Shown piece after piece: positions 31,340 through 43,200 of a DNA stretch of 64,000 bases (its first letter is position 1; every line of letters starts with the position of its first letter). The stretch lies in the NCBI GenBank assembly GCA_041660065.1, contig JBAZXC010000002.1, positions 240,768-304,767 on the forward strand. Direction: 5' to 3'. The position numbers and the translations under genes are program-made. The DNA is from Parcubacteria group bacterium. Lineage in GTDB: Bacteria > Patescibacteriota > Minisyncoccia > Moranbacterales > GCA-2747515. The notes below the pieces were generated by a model, which made no database searches, was not told where the DNA came from, and worked only from the letters and a program-made list of their open reading frames with translations.

Positions 31340-32535
31340 AAATAACTATTTTTGGCGGACCAATCCATCAGAGTATTGATCCTGTAATGATGCTTGTTCC
31401 TACAGGAAAAGGTCATCTGGCACAGGAAATTGCAAGAGAGATGAGACAACACGTTGATGAGGTAGAATTGATTGGCAATTTTGATGGTAAGTTCACGCAT
31501 GATTTTCATGCGATCGAACAAGCAATTGAAAGTCTTGACTCACACATAGTGATCTTCATGCCGCATCTGCCAAACTTTTTTGCGCACCAACATCTTGATC
31601 ATAGTACAAGCCCTGGTCAGAAAATCCGGGTGAATGATGACGGTGTGGCAACGCTTGATCTTCATAGAGCGCCAAAGCTTCTGCCTCTGGTAAAGAAGCT
31701 TCATCCGGAAGTGCTTCTCGTACCGTTCAAGATCGCGGATCCTGATATGTCGATGGTTGATATTCTTCGCTGGATGCTCAACGCACACGCCGCATTGGCT
31801 GTGTATTCTCGACTTGGTAATTCGCAACACTTTTGGATCCTTGATGTCTTGGGCAATGAGATTGCTTGCACGAGAGCCAATTTGCCACAAGTATTAGCAA
31901 CAGAAATCCTGCATTTCACACGCGCAATTCGACGGCGATCAAAGCACGTGAGTGATAGCATTCCCTCTGTACCCCATGTGAAAGATTTCCTAGATTTTTC
32001 TCATGCCATGCAACCGGCATTCTCGCAGATCATCCAAAAAAATGTAGGTAGTGGACGCTGGCCGGGTAACTTTTCTTTTCGATGCACATACGGATTTCTG
32101 TCTGCACGTTTCGATCAAGGCTTTGTCATCACAAAGAGAAATGTGGCAAAATCCGGACTGACACAAAAAGATTTCGTCTATGTCGATGGGACACTTCATA
32201 ATGAAGCACTTCATTATGCAGGATCGGCAGACGCAAAACCAAGCGTTGACGCACCTGTGCATCGTGTAATTTATGCGGAGTTGCCATGGGTACAGGCCAT
32301 TGTACATGGACACCTCTTCTGTGAGGGATCGTACGTATATCCTGAGAAATTAACACGATGGCCATGCGGAGCAGAAAACGAAGCATATGAGGTAATCGCA
32401 AAAGCGCCCAAGGAAATGCATGATCTTTGGGTGGCAAATATTGATGGTCACGGATTCATTGCTCTCATTGGATCTGATCAAATCACGACCGGTCTCAAAA
32501 AATTACGCCTGTCGCAATATGCGATAAACCACTAA
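31336..32535 (+). CDS. Fusion of a degenerate CoaB-like domain and a class II aldolase/adducin domain
   Basis: N-terminus GGPIHQSIDPV...TGKGHLAQEIA; C-terminus GNFSFR, PSVDAPVH, AIVHGH, GHG; ATGA overlap with the upstream gene. Confidence 0.75.
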   Translation: MKITIFGGPIHQSIDPVMMLVPTGKGHLAQEIAREMRQHVDEVELIGNFDGKFTHDFHAIEQAIESLDSHIVIFMPHLPNFFAHQHLDHSTSPGQKIRVNDDGVATLDLHRAPKLLPLVKKLHPEVLLVPFKIADPDMSMVDILRWMLNAHAALAVYSRLGNSQHFWILDVLGNEIACTRANLPQVLATEILHFTRAIRRRSKHVSDSIPSVPHVKDFLDFSHAMQPAFSQIIQKNVGSGRWPGNFSFRCTYGFLSARFDQGFVITKRNVAKSGLTQKDFVYVDGTLHNEALHYAGSADAKPSVDAPVHRVIYAELPWVQAIVHGHLFCEGSYVYPEKLTRWPCGAENEAYEVIAKAPKEMHDLWVANIDGHGFIALIGSDQITTGLKKLRLSQYAINH

Positions 32536-33361
32536 TCAAATATCCCGTTACTTTTAAAAAAGTAACGGGGCTTTTTATCCCGATAACGACTTATGCACAT
32601 CATATACATACCCTCATCAACAAAACAAAAAACGCTTTTTACAGCGTTTGTTGTTAAACATTTTCCGGCGAATTTTCTTTGTTTCTCATCGAGAAATGTT
32701 TAGAAAGATTCACCGGGCACCAAGTGGCCCGAATAGTAAATAAAACTTGGGCATGGTGCCCGGTATAGTTCGCATGCACGAACATGTAACCTAATGAAGT
32801 GGTCTCGCACCGGGTGAAGTATGCGATATACTTACGGAGTCTACATGTATTTTCTGTACATGCAATGTGCAACAACATTCCCTATATTCTGTTGTTGATA
32901 CTTCCACCATCCTACGGATAACCCCTATTTTGTTTAAAAGAACAGATCCATTTAATTTTTTTATTTGTTTTCATGGACATTACCTCCAAATTTTTGAAGA
33001 TAACTATTTTTATTTTTGTTTAAAATTATGCGAAGCGTGGGAAATTTGAACTGCTCCGCGTGCATCGATTATTTAATCAATGCAGTAGGACAGGGGAAGG
33101 ATTTCCAACCACAAATAGGGGGAAATTGTGATTGGAAATTCTTCCTCCGTCAATATGCGATTTTTAAAGAAAGCGTTTTCTGTGGATATCTCTTGCCTCA
33201 CACTTACAAAGTAATTATAGCACATTTTTTACCCTCGGTCAAAGCTTGGTGCCCAATTTCCTTGTAAATAAAATGCTTTTTGACATTGCAAAAACTTTTT
33301 ATACAGCAATAGTTTACACATACTCTTTTAAAAAAGAAAATCTTTTTATTTTTAATGTAAT

Positions 33362-33400
33362 TTATACACACGTTATACACATAATCACATGTTATCCACA
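33362..33400 (+). promoter_or_regulatory. Cluster of three DnaA-box-like 9-mers
   Basis: TTATACACA (33362, 33373) and TTATCCACA (33392), next to an AT-rich stretch. Confidence 0.45.
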
Positions 33401-33500
33401 ATGAATTTCCTGATCAACCTCTCTTCTGCTGTTGCAAAAAACGCACACAAGCAAAATGGCCTCTTTACCATGTCAAGAGTTCATCATTTATCGTAAATTT

Positions 33501-34610
33501 TTAATATGTAAATTCTCCTGATTTTGAAGGTGCTATCGTATCATTTTTAATATCATCCAACATTGCACGCAATGTATCTTTTGATGTACCAACGATGAGC
33601 CTCTGACCATTGATCGTATAGTCAACAGAGTATGATTCGCTTTGATCAAGATTTGTATATCTGATTGGATGCGTATTGTATGTACTATCATTGAAAATAG
33701 CACTCTGTGGCACAACGATCAGGTTATCAAAAAATAATGCCAGACTTTTTGGCAGCTCAGATTCTTTTGTCTTAAGACTTTCCTGTAAAAGATTAACGTT
33801 CTTCGTATCAATTGCAAGTCCAAAACGCACACCATAGGAAGGATCCTTGTATGCGTAGATCTCAAAGTTTTCTTCAAGGGATGATATGATCTCTTGTGGT
33901 AAATTGATGCCAGAGGAGATCGCAAACACATGAAATGATACTGGGTTATTATGCGCATCCGTCACAATAAATTTTACAGGTTCTTGAATATCCGAATTTT
34001 GCATATTACCTTTGATCGTTTTAAGCCCGCTTGCAATGTCATTTTTTGCTGTTGCACTTTCCACATCAAAAGAAAAATAATTTGGCAGGTCTAAAGCATA
34101 GGCGTGAGATTCTTCCGGAGATACAACTTTATCGTCCACAACAGTTTCCTCCACGGGGAGATCGATCTCAACCGGCGCACGACGATTCATCAATAAATAT
34201 CCACCAAACAACATCGCGCCAATCAAAAACAAAACAACAAAAACGATCATGACACTATGCAGGGAATTTTTTTTCTGAGGCGGTGTGGATGGTTTTTTCA
34301 ATGGCAAAGGAACCCCTTCTTGCACCATATCACTTGGCACCTGGTTAATTCTTTCCTGTTGTTCCTTTTTTGGTGTGTTTGCAAAAGGATCTGTTGATGA
34401 TTGTTCTTGTGCATCCAAAAATGGATTTGCTGCGAGATTTTGTTGCAATTGCTCATTTTTTCCAAAAGTTCCTTTACTTTCCATTTTTCCCTCATTTTTT
34501 TCTTGTGATGTTTTTGGCATAGTGGTAGCATCTTTTTTCATCGTATGCACTTCAAAAACATAAGCGGGATCTATTGTTGTATTATCGGATTTTTTTGTTT
34601 TATTTTCCAT
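33501..34610 (-). CDS. Hypothetical single-TM protein
   Basis: 369 aa; low-complexity N-terminus, central TM, C-terminal domain. Confidence 0.8.
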   Translation of the reverse strand: MENKTKKSDNTTIDPAYVFEVHTMKKDATTMPKTSQEKNEGKMESKGTFGKNEQLQQNLAANPFLDAQEQSSTDPFANTPKKEQQERINQVPSDMVQEGVPLPLKKPSTPPQKKNSLHSVMIVFVVLFLIGAMLFGGYLLMNRRAPVEIDLPVEETVVDDKVVSPEESHAYALDLPNYFSFDVESATAKNDIASGLKTIKGNMQNSDIQEPVKFIVTDAHNNPVSFHVFAISSGINLPQEIISSLEENFEIYAYKDPSYGVRFGLAIDTKNVNLLQESLKTKESELPKSLALFFDNLIVVPQSAIFNDSTYNTHPIRYTNLDQSESYSVDYTINGQRLIVGTSKDTLRAMLDDIKNDTIAPSKSGEFTY

Positions 34611-34713
34611 ATATCATCTTTTTTAAACAAAAGACATTACATAAAATGTAATGTCTTCATTATACACCATATTGCACAACTCAGGAAATACTCACGGTCA
34701 ATTGCTTGATGGT

Positions 34714-36834
34714 TTATCTTTGATCAGGTTTCGGGATCAAGACTTTCATCGAAAGATTTACACGACCTTGTGCATCGATCTCTTTCACTTTTACCGCTAC
34801 CTTATCGCCAATTTTTACCACATCTTCTACTTTGTTTACTCGCTGATGTGCGAGCTCGCTGATGTGTACCAAGCCATCTTTACCAGGCAACACTTCTACA
34901 AAAGCGCCAAAATCCATAATGCGCACAACGGTTCCTTCAAATATCTCTCCAGCCACAATCTCTCTCGTGAGATCATGAATGATCGAACGTGCCATTTCTC
35001 CGCCTTTTGCATCTACCGCTGTGATAAATACACTTCCATCATCCTCGATATCGATATCAACACCTGTTCTTGCAATGATGTCATTGATCACTTTACCACC
35101 TGGTCCGATGACATCGCGAATTTTGTCCGGGTTGATCTGCATAGTGATAATACGTGGAGCAAATGGGGAAAGGTCAGCATTTGGCACTGGAATTGTTGCC
35201 AACATTTTACCCAAAATATGCATCCGTCCTTCACGTGCTTGCATAAGCGTTGCACGAAACATCTCCGTGTTGATACCTGCCATCTTCACATCCATCTGTA
35301 CAGCAGTAATTCCCTTTTCCGTTCCTGCAACCTTGAGATCCATATCGCCGTAATGATCTTCTGCACCTTGAATATCCGAAAGCACCTTGTATTCTCCTGT
35401 TGTAAAATCCGTCATCATGCCCATCGCAATACCACTTACTGGCCGCACAATCGGTACGCCGGTATTCATTAATGACAATGTTGATCCACATGTTGCCGCC
35501 ATTGATGACGAACCGTTTGACTCTAAAATTTCTGAGACAAGCAAAATTGTATATGGAAAAACTTCTTTTGTCGGAATAACCGGCATCAGTGCTTTTTCTG
35601 CAAGCGCCCCATGTCCAATCTCCCGTCGTCCCGGTCCGCGCATAAAGCGTACTTCCCCCACAGAAAATGGTGGGAAATTGTAGTGATGGATATAGCGTTT
35701 TTTCTCATCAACTTCCATAGTATCAATGATTTGCTGATCACCAGGCGCACCAAGTGTTGTTACAGTCAATGCCTGTGTCTCACCGCGCGTAAAAAGTCCG
35801 GAACCATGCGTGCGTGGCAGAAGCCCCACCTCACACGTGATCGGTCGAATTTCCGCTGTTGCGCGACCATCCGGTCGGCGATCATTCTTGATGATGTTGC
35901 GATGCACAATTTCATCACACACCTCATCAAACACAAGAGAAAACACATCATTAAAACCTATGAGGTCTTCTTCGGCAAGACTTTGCAATAACTCTTCTTT
36001 TGTCGATTCCTTCACTTTTGCCGTTTGTTCTGCAATTTCTGCCTTTGTGCCATAAAGCGCAGCCTCAATATTATGCTTGACCAACACCTCTTTGATACGA
36101 TTCTCACATACTTGAGTACCCATGAGATATGTTGCTTCTCTCTTTTGCTTACCAGCTTCTGCCGCAATACCTTGGATGAATTGTGCAATCTGTGTAACAA
36201 CAACATGTCCCGCCTCAAAAGCCCGCACAACATCCTCTTCTGGTATTTCATATGCTCCCGCTTCGATCATATTGATCTTTTCTTCTGTGCCGGAGAGTGT
36301 AAGATTCATTGTGCTTGCCACTTCTTGCTCCGTTGTCGGATTGATTACTATTTGTCCATCCACCATACCAACTTCCACAGCAGCCACAGGACCATTCCAT
36401 GGAATATCCGAGATTGATAGTGCCGCTGATGCCGCAATGATCGAAATAATATCCGGATCATTTTGTCCATCAATTGACTGCACAGTGATCACCACCTGCA
36501 CTTCATTGCGCATGCGCATGTCAAAAAGCGGTCGAATTGTACGATCGACTGCACGTCCAGCCAAGACTGCCTCATCACTTGGACGTCCTTCACGCTTGAT
36601 AAAACGTGAGCCCTTGATCTTCCCCGCTGCATAATAACGCTCTTCATAATCCACCATGAGGGGGAAATACCCCATCACATTGCTCTTGTCCTTACTCATC
36701 ACGGCAGTCGCCAATACCTGCGTATCACCATACCGCACTGTCACAGCACCACTTGCTTGTTTTGCCAACTTCCCTGTTTCAATGGTAAGTGTGCGCCCAG
36801 CCACATCCAGCGACCACATTTTCTGTTCACCCAT
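34714..36834 (-). CDS. pnp: Polyribonucleotide nucleotidyltransferase
   Basis: [34 protein letters not shown] and S1 domains. Confidence 0.98.
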   Translation of the reverse strand: MGEQKMWSLDVAGRTLTIETGKLAKQASGAVTVRYGDTQVLATAVMSKDKSNVMGYFPLMVDYEERYYAAGKIKGSRFIKREGRPSDEAVLAGRAVDRTIRPLFDMRMRNEVQVVITVQSIDGQNDPDIISIIAASAALSISDIPWNGPVAAVEVGMVDGQIVINPTTEQEVASTMNLTLSGTEEKINMIEAGAYEIPEEDVVRAFEAGHVVVTQIAQFIQGIAAEAGKQKREATYLMGTQVCENRIKEVLVKHNIEAALYGTKAEIAEQTAKVKESTKEELLQSLAEEDLIGFNDVFSLVFDEVCDEIVHRNIIKNDRRPDGRATAEIRPITCEVGLLPRTHGSGLFTRGETQALTVTTLGAPGDQQIIDTMEVDEKKRYIHHYNFPPFSVGEVRFMRGPGRREIGHGALAEKALMPVIPTKEVFPYTILLVSEILESNGSSSMAATCGSTLSLMNTGVPIVRPVSGIAMGMMTDFTTGEYKVLSDIQGAEDHYGDMDLKVAGTEKGITAVQMDVKMAGINTEMFRATLMQAREGRMHILGKMLATIPVPNADLSPFAPRIITMQINPDKIRDVIGPGGKVINDIIARTGVDIDIEDDGSVFITAVDAKGGEMARSIIHDLTREIVAGEIFEGTVVRIMDFGAFVEVLPGKDGLVHISELAHQRVNKVEDVVKIGDKVAVKVKEIDAQGRVNLSMKVLIPKPDQR

Positions 36835-37118
36835 ATATATGAACGGAAGAAACTACTTGCATGAACTATAAATATACATACACACACTGCATATACATTC
36901 AATGCAATACATATAAGTATCTTCATAGACCTCAAATAATCCTCCCGTATTTTACAATTTAACTGCATCCAGTGTGTCACATTTTCCCCCAAAAGTCAAA
37001 GAAATATTTGACCTATTGCATAGTTAGTCCTTTTGTAGTATAGTGAACGATGTAATTGATTTATTTTCTCGTGTATGGTGGTGATCTGATTACGACCATA
37101 TCGCAGAAGCAAAACACT

Positions 37119-37394
37119 ATGGCTCTGACAAAACGTCAAAAAGCGAACGCCACAAAAGATGTAAAAAGGCATGATACGGATACAGGCTCTCCAGAATATC
37201 AAGTTGCCCTTTTTACCACACAGATTTCCAAATTAACAGCACATCTCAAGAAGAACAAGCAAGATTTTCACTCACGCAGAGGACTTCTAAAGATGGTAGC
37301 AAAACGCAAAAAACTCCTTGATTATCTCGCACGGACGGATGAAAAAACCTATAAAAAAGTCGTAAAAAAACTTGAACTGAGAGAGCGTAAATAA
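37119..37394 (+). CDS. rpsO: 30S ribosomal protein S15
   Basis: DTGSPEYQVA...DFHSRRGLLKMV; start MALTK at 37119. Confidence 0.96.
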   Translation: MALTKRQKANATKDVKRHDTDTGSPEYQVALFTTQISKLTAHLKKNKQDFHSRRGLLKMVAKRKKLLDYLARTDEKTYKKVVKKLELRERK

Positions 37395-37454
37395 TACGCT
37401 CTTTCCTTTTTATAATCTGTGCTAAAATAGCAATATATTATTTATACTACTTTT

Positions 37455-37949
37455 ATGAAACACAAAGATCAGCGCATAGGGCTTCTTATTGACATACAAA
37501 ATCTCTACTACAGCGCTCGCGTACTTTATGGACGCAAGGTAAACTTCAAAAACCTTCTCTCTTCTGCTGTGGAGGGTCGCAAACTCATTCGTGCAATCGG
37601 TTATGGCATCTCCACAGAAGAGGCTCAGGAGGAAAAATTCTTTGACGCATTGGAAAATCTCGGATTTGAGGTCAAAACGAAAGATCTACAAATTTTTGCC
37701 GGCGGGCAAAAAAAGGGAGACTGGGACGTCGGCATCGCGATTGATGCGATCAAATTATCCAAAAGTGTTGACGTTATCATTCTTGCTTCCGGCGATGGCG
37801 ACTATGTCCCTCTTGTGGAATACATCCAAAATACTACCGGTTGCCGCGTAGAAGGCGTTGCCTTTGGCGAATCCACAAGCACACGACTGATTGAAACGCT
37901 TAATGATTTTCTCAATCTTTCTTCCGACAAAAAACGTTTTTTGATCTAA
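37455..37949 (+). CDS. NYN/LabA-domain protein
   Basis: IDIQNLYY, KGDWDVGIAID, SGDGDY. Confidence 0.9.
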   Translation: MKHKDQRIGLLIDIQNLYYSARVLYGRKVNFKNLLSSAVEGRKLIRAIGYGISTEEAQEEKFFDALENLGFEVKTKDLQIFAGGQKKGDWDVGIAIDAIKLSKSVDVIILASGDGDYVPLVEYIQNTTGCRVEGVAFGESTSTRLIETLNDFLNLSSDKKRFLI

Positions 37950-38206
37950 AAAATACCGCTCTCTTGCATTTTTACGTTTTTTGTTCTATACTGGTCAAAC
38001 AATGGTAATTATTAAACAAGTGAATACTTGCCCACATATTTGTGGATAAGCGGAGAAAATGTCTTAATTTTCCCCGATACGCTTTCTTAATAATTTCCCT
38101 TTGTGGAAATTTTTTGCATCTCTCGTAAATTATTAACAATCCACTATGAGATGCGTGGATTATGGATCAACACCAATGTATGTGTTTGACCCACAAATGA
38201 ACCTTT

Positions 38207-39490
38207 ATGGCAAAGACTGATGAACTGTTAGACAAGATCGTAGAAGAAGTCAAGGCAAGTAGCAAAGCAAAAGCAGAAGCTGCTGCCCAAGTAAAAATTG
38301 AGAAATCAAACCCCCAACCAGAGCCAATTGTGGATGATATGGCTACTCTTTTGGACACCGACACAATAAAAGTGCCTCACGTGGGCGATGTAGTCGAGGC
38401 AACTGTTATTGATATTTCTGCAAGCGTGGTGTTATTGGACATTGGCCCGATTGGTACAGGCATGGTAATTGGTCGCGAAGCAAAGAGCGGTCTTTCTGCT
38501 GATGAAAAATTGCGCCCAGGAAGCACGGTACAAGCAACAGTTGTTGACTTGGACAATGATGAGGGCTATATCGAATTATCGATCCGTGAAGCTTCTTACG
38601 AACGTGCATGGGATGATCTTCGAGAAAAAATGGAAAACAAAGAAACGATCATGGTCAAGATGCTCGATGCAAACAAAGGTGGTCTCATGGTAGAGGTCAA
38701 TGGTGTCGTGGGATTCCTTCCTGTATCACAATTGTCAAGCAAAAACTATCCACGCGTAGAAGATGGCGATAAAAATAAAATTCTTGATTTGCTCAAACGA
38801 TTGGTAAGCCAAGAACTGCCTGTGCGCATCATCGATATCAATCAAGAAGAGGAAAAATTGATCGTTTCAGAAAAAGCCGCCCTCAGCGATCGTGAGCGCA
38901 AAGCAATCTCCGGATTACACGTAGGTGACACGATCACTGGTGAAGTGAGTGGTGTTGTCGATTTTGGTGCATTTGTCAAATTTGTTCCGGCTGGCGCTGA
39001 TCTTGCAGACGAAGATGCTCGACTAGAAGGATTGATCCATATCAGCGAGCTTGCATGGCAATTGATCGACAATCCGCGTGAAGTGATCAAGGTGGGTGAT
39101 CGAACAGAAGCAAAGATCATCGGCATTGATGATACACGCATTTCACTTTCAATCAAAGCACTCAAAGAAGACCCCTGGACTAAAATCACTGAAAAATACA
39201 CTGTGGGACAGATCTACAAAGGAAAGGTTGACAAGATCAATCATTTCGGTGCATTTGTTTATCTCGATAACGATATTCACGGTCTTGCACATGTAAGCGA
39301 GTTTCAAGAAATGTACCCGGGCAAAAAACTCGATGAGAAGATTGCCCTAAAAGAGGAATTCATGTGGAAAATCCTATCAATTGAACCGAAAGAGCATCGC
39401 ATGGGACTTGTACTCATCGATGAAAAAAAGATGAAGGAGCTGGAGTCAAAAGCTGATGCGCCAAAAGAAGAGGTTGCACCAAAAAAATAG
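38207..39490 (+). CDS. rpsA: 30S ribosomal protein S1 (short form)
   Basis: Repeated S1 motifs (GFLPVSQL, DFGAFV...GLIHISEL, FGAFV...GLAHVSE). Confidence 0.9.
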   Translation: MAKTDELLDKIVEEVKASSKAKAEAAAQVKIEKSNPQPEPIVDDMATLLDTDTIKVPHVGDVVEATVIDISASVVLLDIGPIGTGMVIGREAKSGLSADEKLRPGSTVQATVVDLDNDEGYIELSIREASYERAWDDLREKMENKETIMVKMLDANKGGLMVEVNGVVGFLPVSQLSSKNYPRVEDGDKNKILDLLKRLVSQELPVRIIDINQEEEKLIVSEKAALSDRERKAISGLHVGDTITGEVSGVVDFGAFVKFVPAGADLADEDARLEGLIHISELAWQLIDNPREVIKVGDRTEAKIIGIDDTRISLSIKALKEDPWTKITEKYTVGQIYKGKVDKINHFGAFVYLDNDIHGLAHVSEFQEMYPGKKLDEKIALKEEFMWKILSIEPKEHRMGLVLIDEKKMKELESKADAPKEEVAPKK

Positions 39491-39559
39491 TCTCAATGCG
39501 CCCGGAAATGTTTCCGGGCGCTTTTGTTTCATAGATAATACATTTAATTATACGAATAT

Positions 39560-40114
39560 ATGATTATCACGATCACAGGAGATCCCGGCTCCGGCAAAAG
39601 CACGATTGGCAAAAAATTAGAACGGGATCTCGGTTACAAAAGATATTATATGGGCCAAATTCGTCGCGACGCGGCAAAAAAGAAAGGGATGACATTGGAA
39701 GAATATAATGCATATGGCGAAGAGCATCCCGAGACAGACCACGACGTGGACGCCTACCAGAAAAAGCTTGGCGATACAGAAGATAATTTTATCATCGAGG
39801 GTCGCACAAGTTGGTTTTTGATCCCACAATCCGTCAAAATTTATATCAAAGTAGATCCATTGGAGGGGGCTCGACGCATTTTTTCCGATCTATCGATCAA
39901 TCACGGTCGCAACGAAGGATCTAACCTCAAAAGCGTAGAGGATGTTTTGGCAAGTAATAATAAAAGAACACGAAGCGATGACGCCCGTTACAAAAAATAC
40001 TATAACAAGGACTGCTTTGATCTCAAAAATTATGATTTTGTCCTCGATACAACACACTTGACGCCGGATGAAGCCTATGAAAAAATCCGTCAATATATTA
40101 TCTCCCGCACATAA
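39560..40114 (+). CDS. cmk: Archaeal-type cytidylate kinase
   Basis: ITITGDPGSGKST P-loop, IIEGR, YDFVLDT. Confidence 0.8.
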   Translation: MIITITGDPGSGKSTIGKKLERDLGYKRYYMGQIRRDAAKKKGMTLEEYNAYGEEHPETDHDVDAYQKKLGDTEDNFIIEGRTSWFLIPQSVKIYIKVDPLEGARRIFSDLSINHGRNEGSNLKSVEDVLASNNKRTRSDDARYKKYYNKDCFDLKNYDFVLDTTHLTPDEAYEKIRQYIISRT

Positions 40115-40124
40115 ATTTTTCTTT

Positions 40125-41096
40125 ATGAAGAATCTCGTCAAACACGTGCAAAACATGAATGCGCTGCATCATATGTGGGTAGATTTTGACACGATCATTT
40201 TGGGTGTATCTGGCGGTCCAGACAGTATGTGTTTATTGGATGTCATGATAAAAATTGCAAAAAAAGAACAATTGACACTAATCGTTGCACATATAAACTA
40301 TGGCCTACGTGACAATGACTCACAACGAGATCAGCAATTGGTAGAATCTGTTGCGCATGAACACGGACTGCCATGTGAAACTCTGATCGTTGATCATATG
40401 ACGCAAAGCAATGAGGAATTATGGCGAAATATCAGATACAACTATTTTGAAAAATTACGTATTAAATATAGCGCGCAATGCATTATGGTAGCGCATAATA
40501 AAAATGATCAGGCAGAGACATTTCTTCTCCATCTATTGCGCGGTAGTGGCTTGGGAGGGTTGGTGGGCATGAGATTTGTCTCACCAAACTATGTGATACG
40601 ACCACTTCTCTCTGTATCGCGCGACATAATCATTACATATTGCAAAAAAAACAATGTGATGTACAACATAGATCATACAAACAGTAATCCCACATTTGCA
40701 CGAAATCGCATTCGTACACGACTGATTCCCTATTTGCAAAAGAACTATAATCCCCAAATCGTTTCCGTGTTGGCACGTACAGCAGAAATGATCGCTGAAG
40801 ATATAAAAGCATTGGATACACTCGTTACTGTTTTTTGGAAGACAAACCAAGAAAAAAACACGATTAGATTTGAAACCAAAGACTTCACCCATATTAACAC
40901 AGCCTTACAAAGACATTGTTTGATGTTAATGATCAGATCATTATGTGGTACTACAAAAAATATCGAAAAAGGTTTGATCGATGAATTGCGTAAATTGATT
41001 TTGAGCACAAAAAACAAAAATCAGACCTTTTCTGGAAAAGACTTGAAAATGCATCGAAAAGGTGATACAGTGATATTTACTTGTTGTAAGTCGTGA
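40125..41096 (+). CDS. tilS: tRNA(Ile)-lysidine synthetase
   Basis: VSGGPDS, AHNKNDQAET, IRPLL, RNRIR; start placed after the cmk stop. Confidence 0.94.
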   Translation: MKNLVKHVQNMNALHHMWVDFDTIILGVSGGPDSMCLLDVMIKIAKKEQLTLIVAHINYGLRDNDSQRDQQLVESVAHEHGLPCETLIVDHMTQSNEELWRNIRYNYFEKLRIKYSAQCIMVAHNKNDQAETFLLHLLRGSGLGGLVGMRFVSPNYVIRPLLSVSRDIIITYCKKNNVMYNIDHTNSNPTFARNRIRTRLIPYLQKNYNPQIVSVLARTAEMIAEDIKALDTLVTVFWKTNQEKNTIRFETKDFTHINTALQRHCLMLMIRSLCGTTKNIEKGLIDELRKLILSTKNKNQTFSGKDLKMHRKGDTVIFTCCKS

Positions 41097-41144
41097 TTTT
41101 ATATTCGAGACAAACACAGGATATCATCATTTAAACTAAATTCA

Positions 41145-43007
41145 ATGGAAAAAATATTCAAAAATTCTTCTCTGATCATTATTATTTTACTCATAATACT
41201 CATGTTTTTTGCCCTTTCAACCGGCAAAAAAGAGTCCATCGAAAAGATTGCAATTACACAACTGTCTCAACAGATCAACGAAGATAAAGTTAAGACAATT
41301 ACAGTAAAATCCGATGGCAATATACGCATCGAATTACGTGACGGCACAAAACAAGAGACAAACAAAGAGCCGGATGCGAGCCTCACGGAAACCTTGCGCA
41401 ATTTTGGTGTTGATGAAACCAGACTCTCTTCCGTACCAATCACTGTGGAGGTACGGTCCGGTGCGTCTTTTTGGGCAACAATTCTCATTCCATCAGTGTT
41501 GCCAATTCTTATTATCGGCGGATTGATCTTCTTTATGATGCGACAGGCAATGCGTGGCAACAACCAAGCAATGATGTTTGGCACATCTCGTGCCCGCATG
41601 ATCGATCCCAAAGATAAAAAAAATCGCACACAATTCAAAGATGTTGCCGGCAATAAAGAGGCAAAAGATGAATTGATCGAAATCGTTGATTTTTTAAAAG
41701 AACCCAAAAAATTTCGTGCTCTTGGCGCAAAAATTCCCAAAGGCGTTCTCCTTCTCGGTCGTCCCGGCACAGGAAAAACACTCCTCGCCCGCGCTGTAGC
41801 AGGTGAAGCAGGTGTTCCTTTCTTTTCAATCAGTGGATCGGAATTTGTAGAAATGTTTGTTGGTGTTGGCGCATCACGCGTACGTGACTTATTCAAACAA
41901 GCAAAAAAACAATCCCCTTCCATCGTTTTCATTGATGAAATTGATGCTGTAGGGAGACAGCGTGGTACAGGTCTCGGTGGCGGACATGACGAACGCGAAC
42001 AAACACTCAATCAGATCCTTGTAGAGATGGACGGTTTTGATAATCAGACCAATGTGATCGTCGTTGCCGCAACGAACCGACCGGATGTACTGGATCCAGC
42101 ACTGCTCAGACCGGGACGTTTTGACCGTCGTGTAACAGTTGAACTCCCCGACATCATTGATCGTAAAGCGATCCTCGCTATTCATGCGAAGGACAAAAAA
42201 ACAAACCCCGATGTAGACTTGGAGCGCATTGCGCAACGCACTCCAGGGTTTTCCGGTGCAGACTTGATGAATTTGATGAATGAGGGTGCCCTTCTTGCAG
42301 GACGTCGTAATAAGAAAAGTGTTGAGATGATCGACATCGTTGATTCAATTGAAAAAGTCCTCCTCGGTCCCGCACATAAAAATAACCGCATGGATGAGAA
42401 GGAAAAAGAAATCGTTGCCTATCATGAAGCCGGTCATGCTTTGGTCGGCGCAAGTCTAGAAAACACCGACCCTGTACACAAAGTATCAATTATTTCTCGC
42501 GGTAGCGCTGGTGGATATACACTTTCCGTACCGGACAGAGATAAGAGCTTGCATTCACGCGCATATTTCATGGACGAATTATCTGTTTTTCTCGGTGGCT
42601 ATGTTGCGGAGGAATTAGTATTTAAAGATGTAACAACAGGACCATCTAACGATCTCAAGCGCGCAACAAAAATGGCACGCAGCATTGTCACGCAATTTGG
42701 CATGAGCGAATTGGGCGTGCGCACATTTGGAAAGAACGAGGATCTTATCTTCTTGGGGCGTGAGGTAACGGAAGAGCGAGATTACTCCGATAAAACTGCA
42801 GAAACAATTGACATTGTCGTAGCAAAAATTCTCGCAAAAGCAAAAGCGACAGCTGAAAAAATTCTCATCGACAAACGTGATATATTAGACATCATTGCAA
42901 AACGCCTCTTGGAGAGAGAGACGATCGAAAAAGAAGAATTTGAAGCAATTATTGCAGGGAAAAAACCATCAGAAGATCTACCTAAAGAACATATTCAAAC
43001 GGTGTAG
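41145..43007 (+). CDS. ftsH: ATP-dependent zinc metalloprotease FtsH
   Basis: Two TMs, [20 protein letters not shown]. Confidence 0.98.
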   Translation: MEKIFKNSSLIIIILLIILMFFALSTGKKESIEKIAITQLSQQINEDKVKTITVKSDGNIRIELRDGTKQETNKEPDASLTETLRNFGVDETRLSSVPITVEVRSGASFWATILIPSVLPILIIGGLIFFMMRQAMRGNNQAMMFGTSRARMIDPKDKKNRTQFKDVAGNKEAKDELIEIVDFLKEPKKFRALGAKIPKGVLLLGRPGTGKTLLARAVAGEAGVPFFSISGSEFVEMFVGVGASRVRDLFKQAKKQSPSIVFIDEIDAVGRQRGTGLGGGHDEREQTLNQILVEMDGFDNQTNVIVVAATNRPDVLDPALLRPGRFDRRVTVELPDIIDRKAILAIHAKDKKTNPDVDLERIAQRTPGFSGADLMNLMNEGALLAGRRNKKSVEMIDIVDSIEKVLLGPAHKNNRMDEKEKEIVAYHEAGHALVGASLENTDPVHKVSIISRGSAGGYTLSVPDRDKSLHSRAYFMDELSVFLGGYVAEELVFKDVTTGPSNDLKRATKMARSIVTQFGMSELGVRTFGKNEDLIFLGREVTEERDYSDKTAETIDIVVAKILAKAKATAEKILIDKRDILDIIAKRLLERETIEKEEFEAIIAGKKPSEDLPKEHIQTV

Positions 43008-43043
43008 CTATTTGATGTGTGCATGAAGACACACATCAATAAA

Positions 43044-43117
43044 GGACGGCTAGCTCAGCTGGTTAGAGCGTCTGCTCGACATGCAGAAGGTCACAAGTTC
43101 GAATCTTGTGCCGTCCA
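43044..43117 (+). tRNA. tRNA-Val(GAC)
   Basis: GGACGGC/GCCGTCC acceptor; TCTGC-TCGACAT-GCAGA anticodon arm; followed by a terminator hairpin. Confidence 0.9.
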
Positions 43118-43200
43118 CAAATAAAACTCCGCATCATTGCGGAGTTTTTTGATTCACATTTATTGCAAATGCTCTACTTGTAAAAAGTTCTTGATAAAGA

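Noticed and set aside
32654-32980. Gene downstream of the promoter at 33242 with a GGAGGT SD
   Set aside because: The frame from ATG 32974 hits two TAG stops before joining the 74-aa ORF. It may be a pseudogene, but I recognise no homology, and other genes here use TAG as a stop, so recoding is unsupported.
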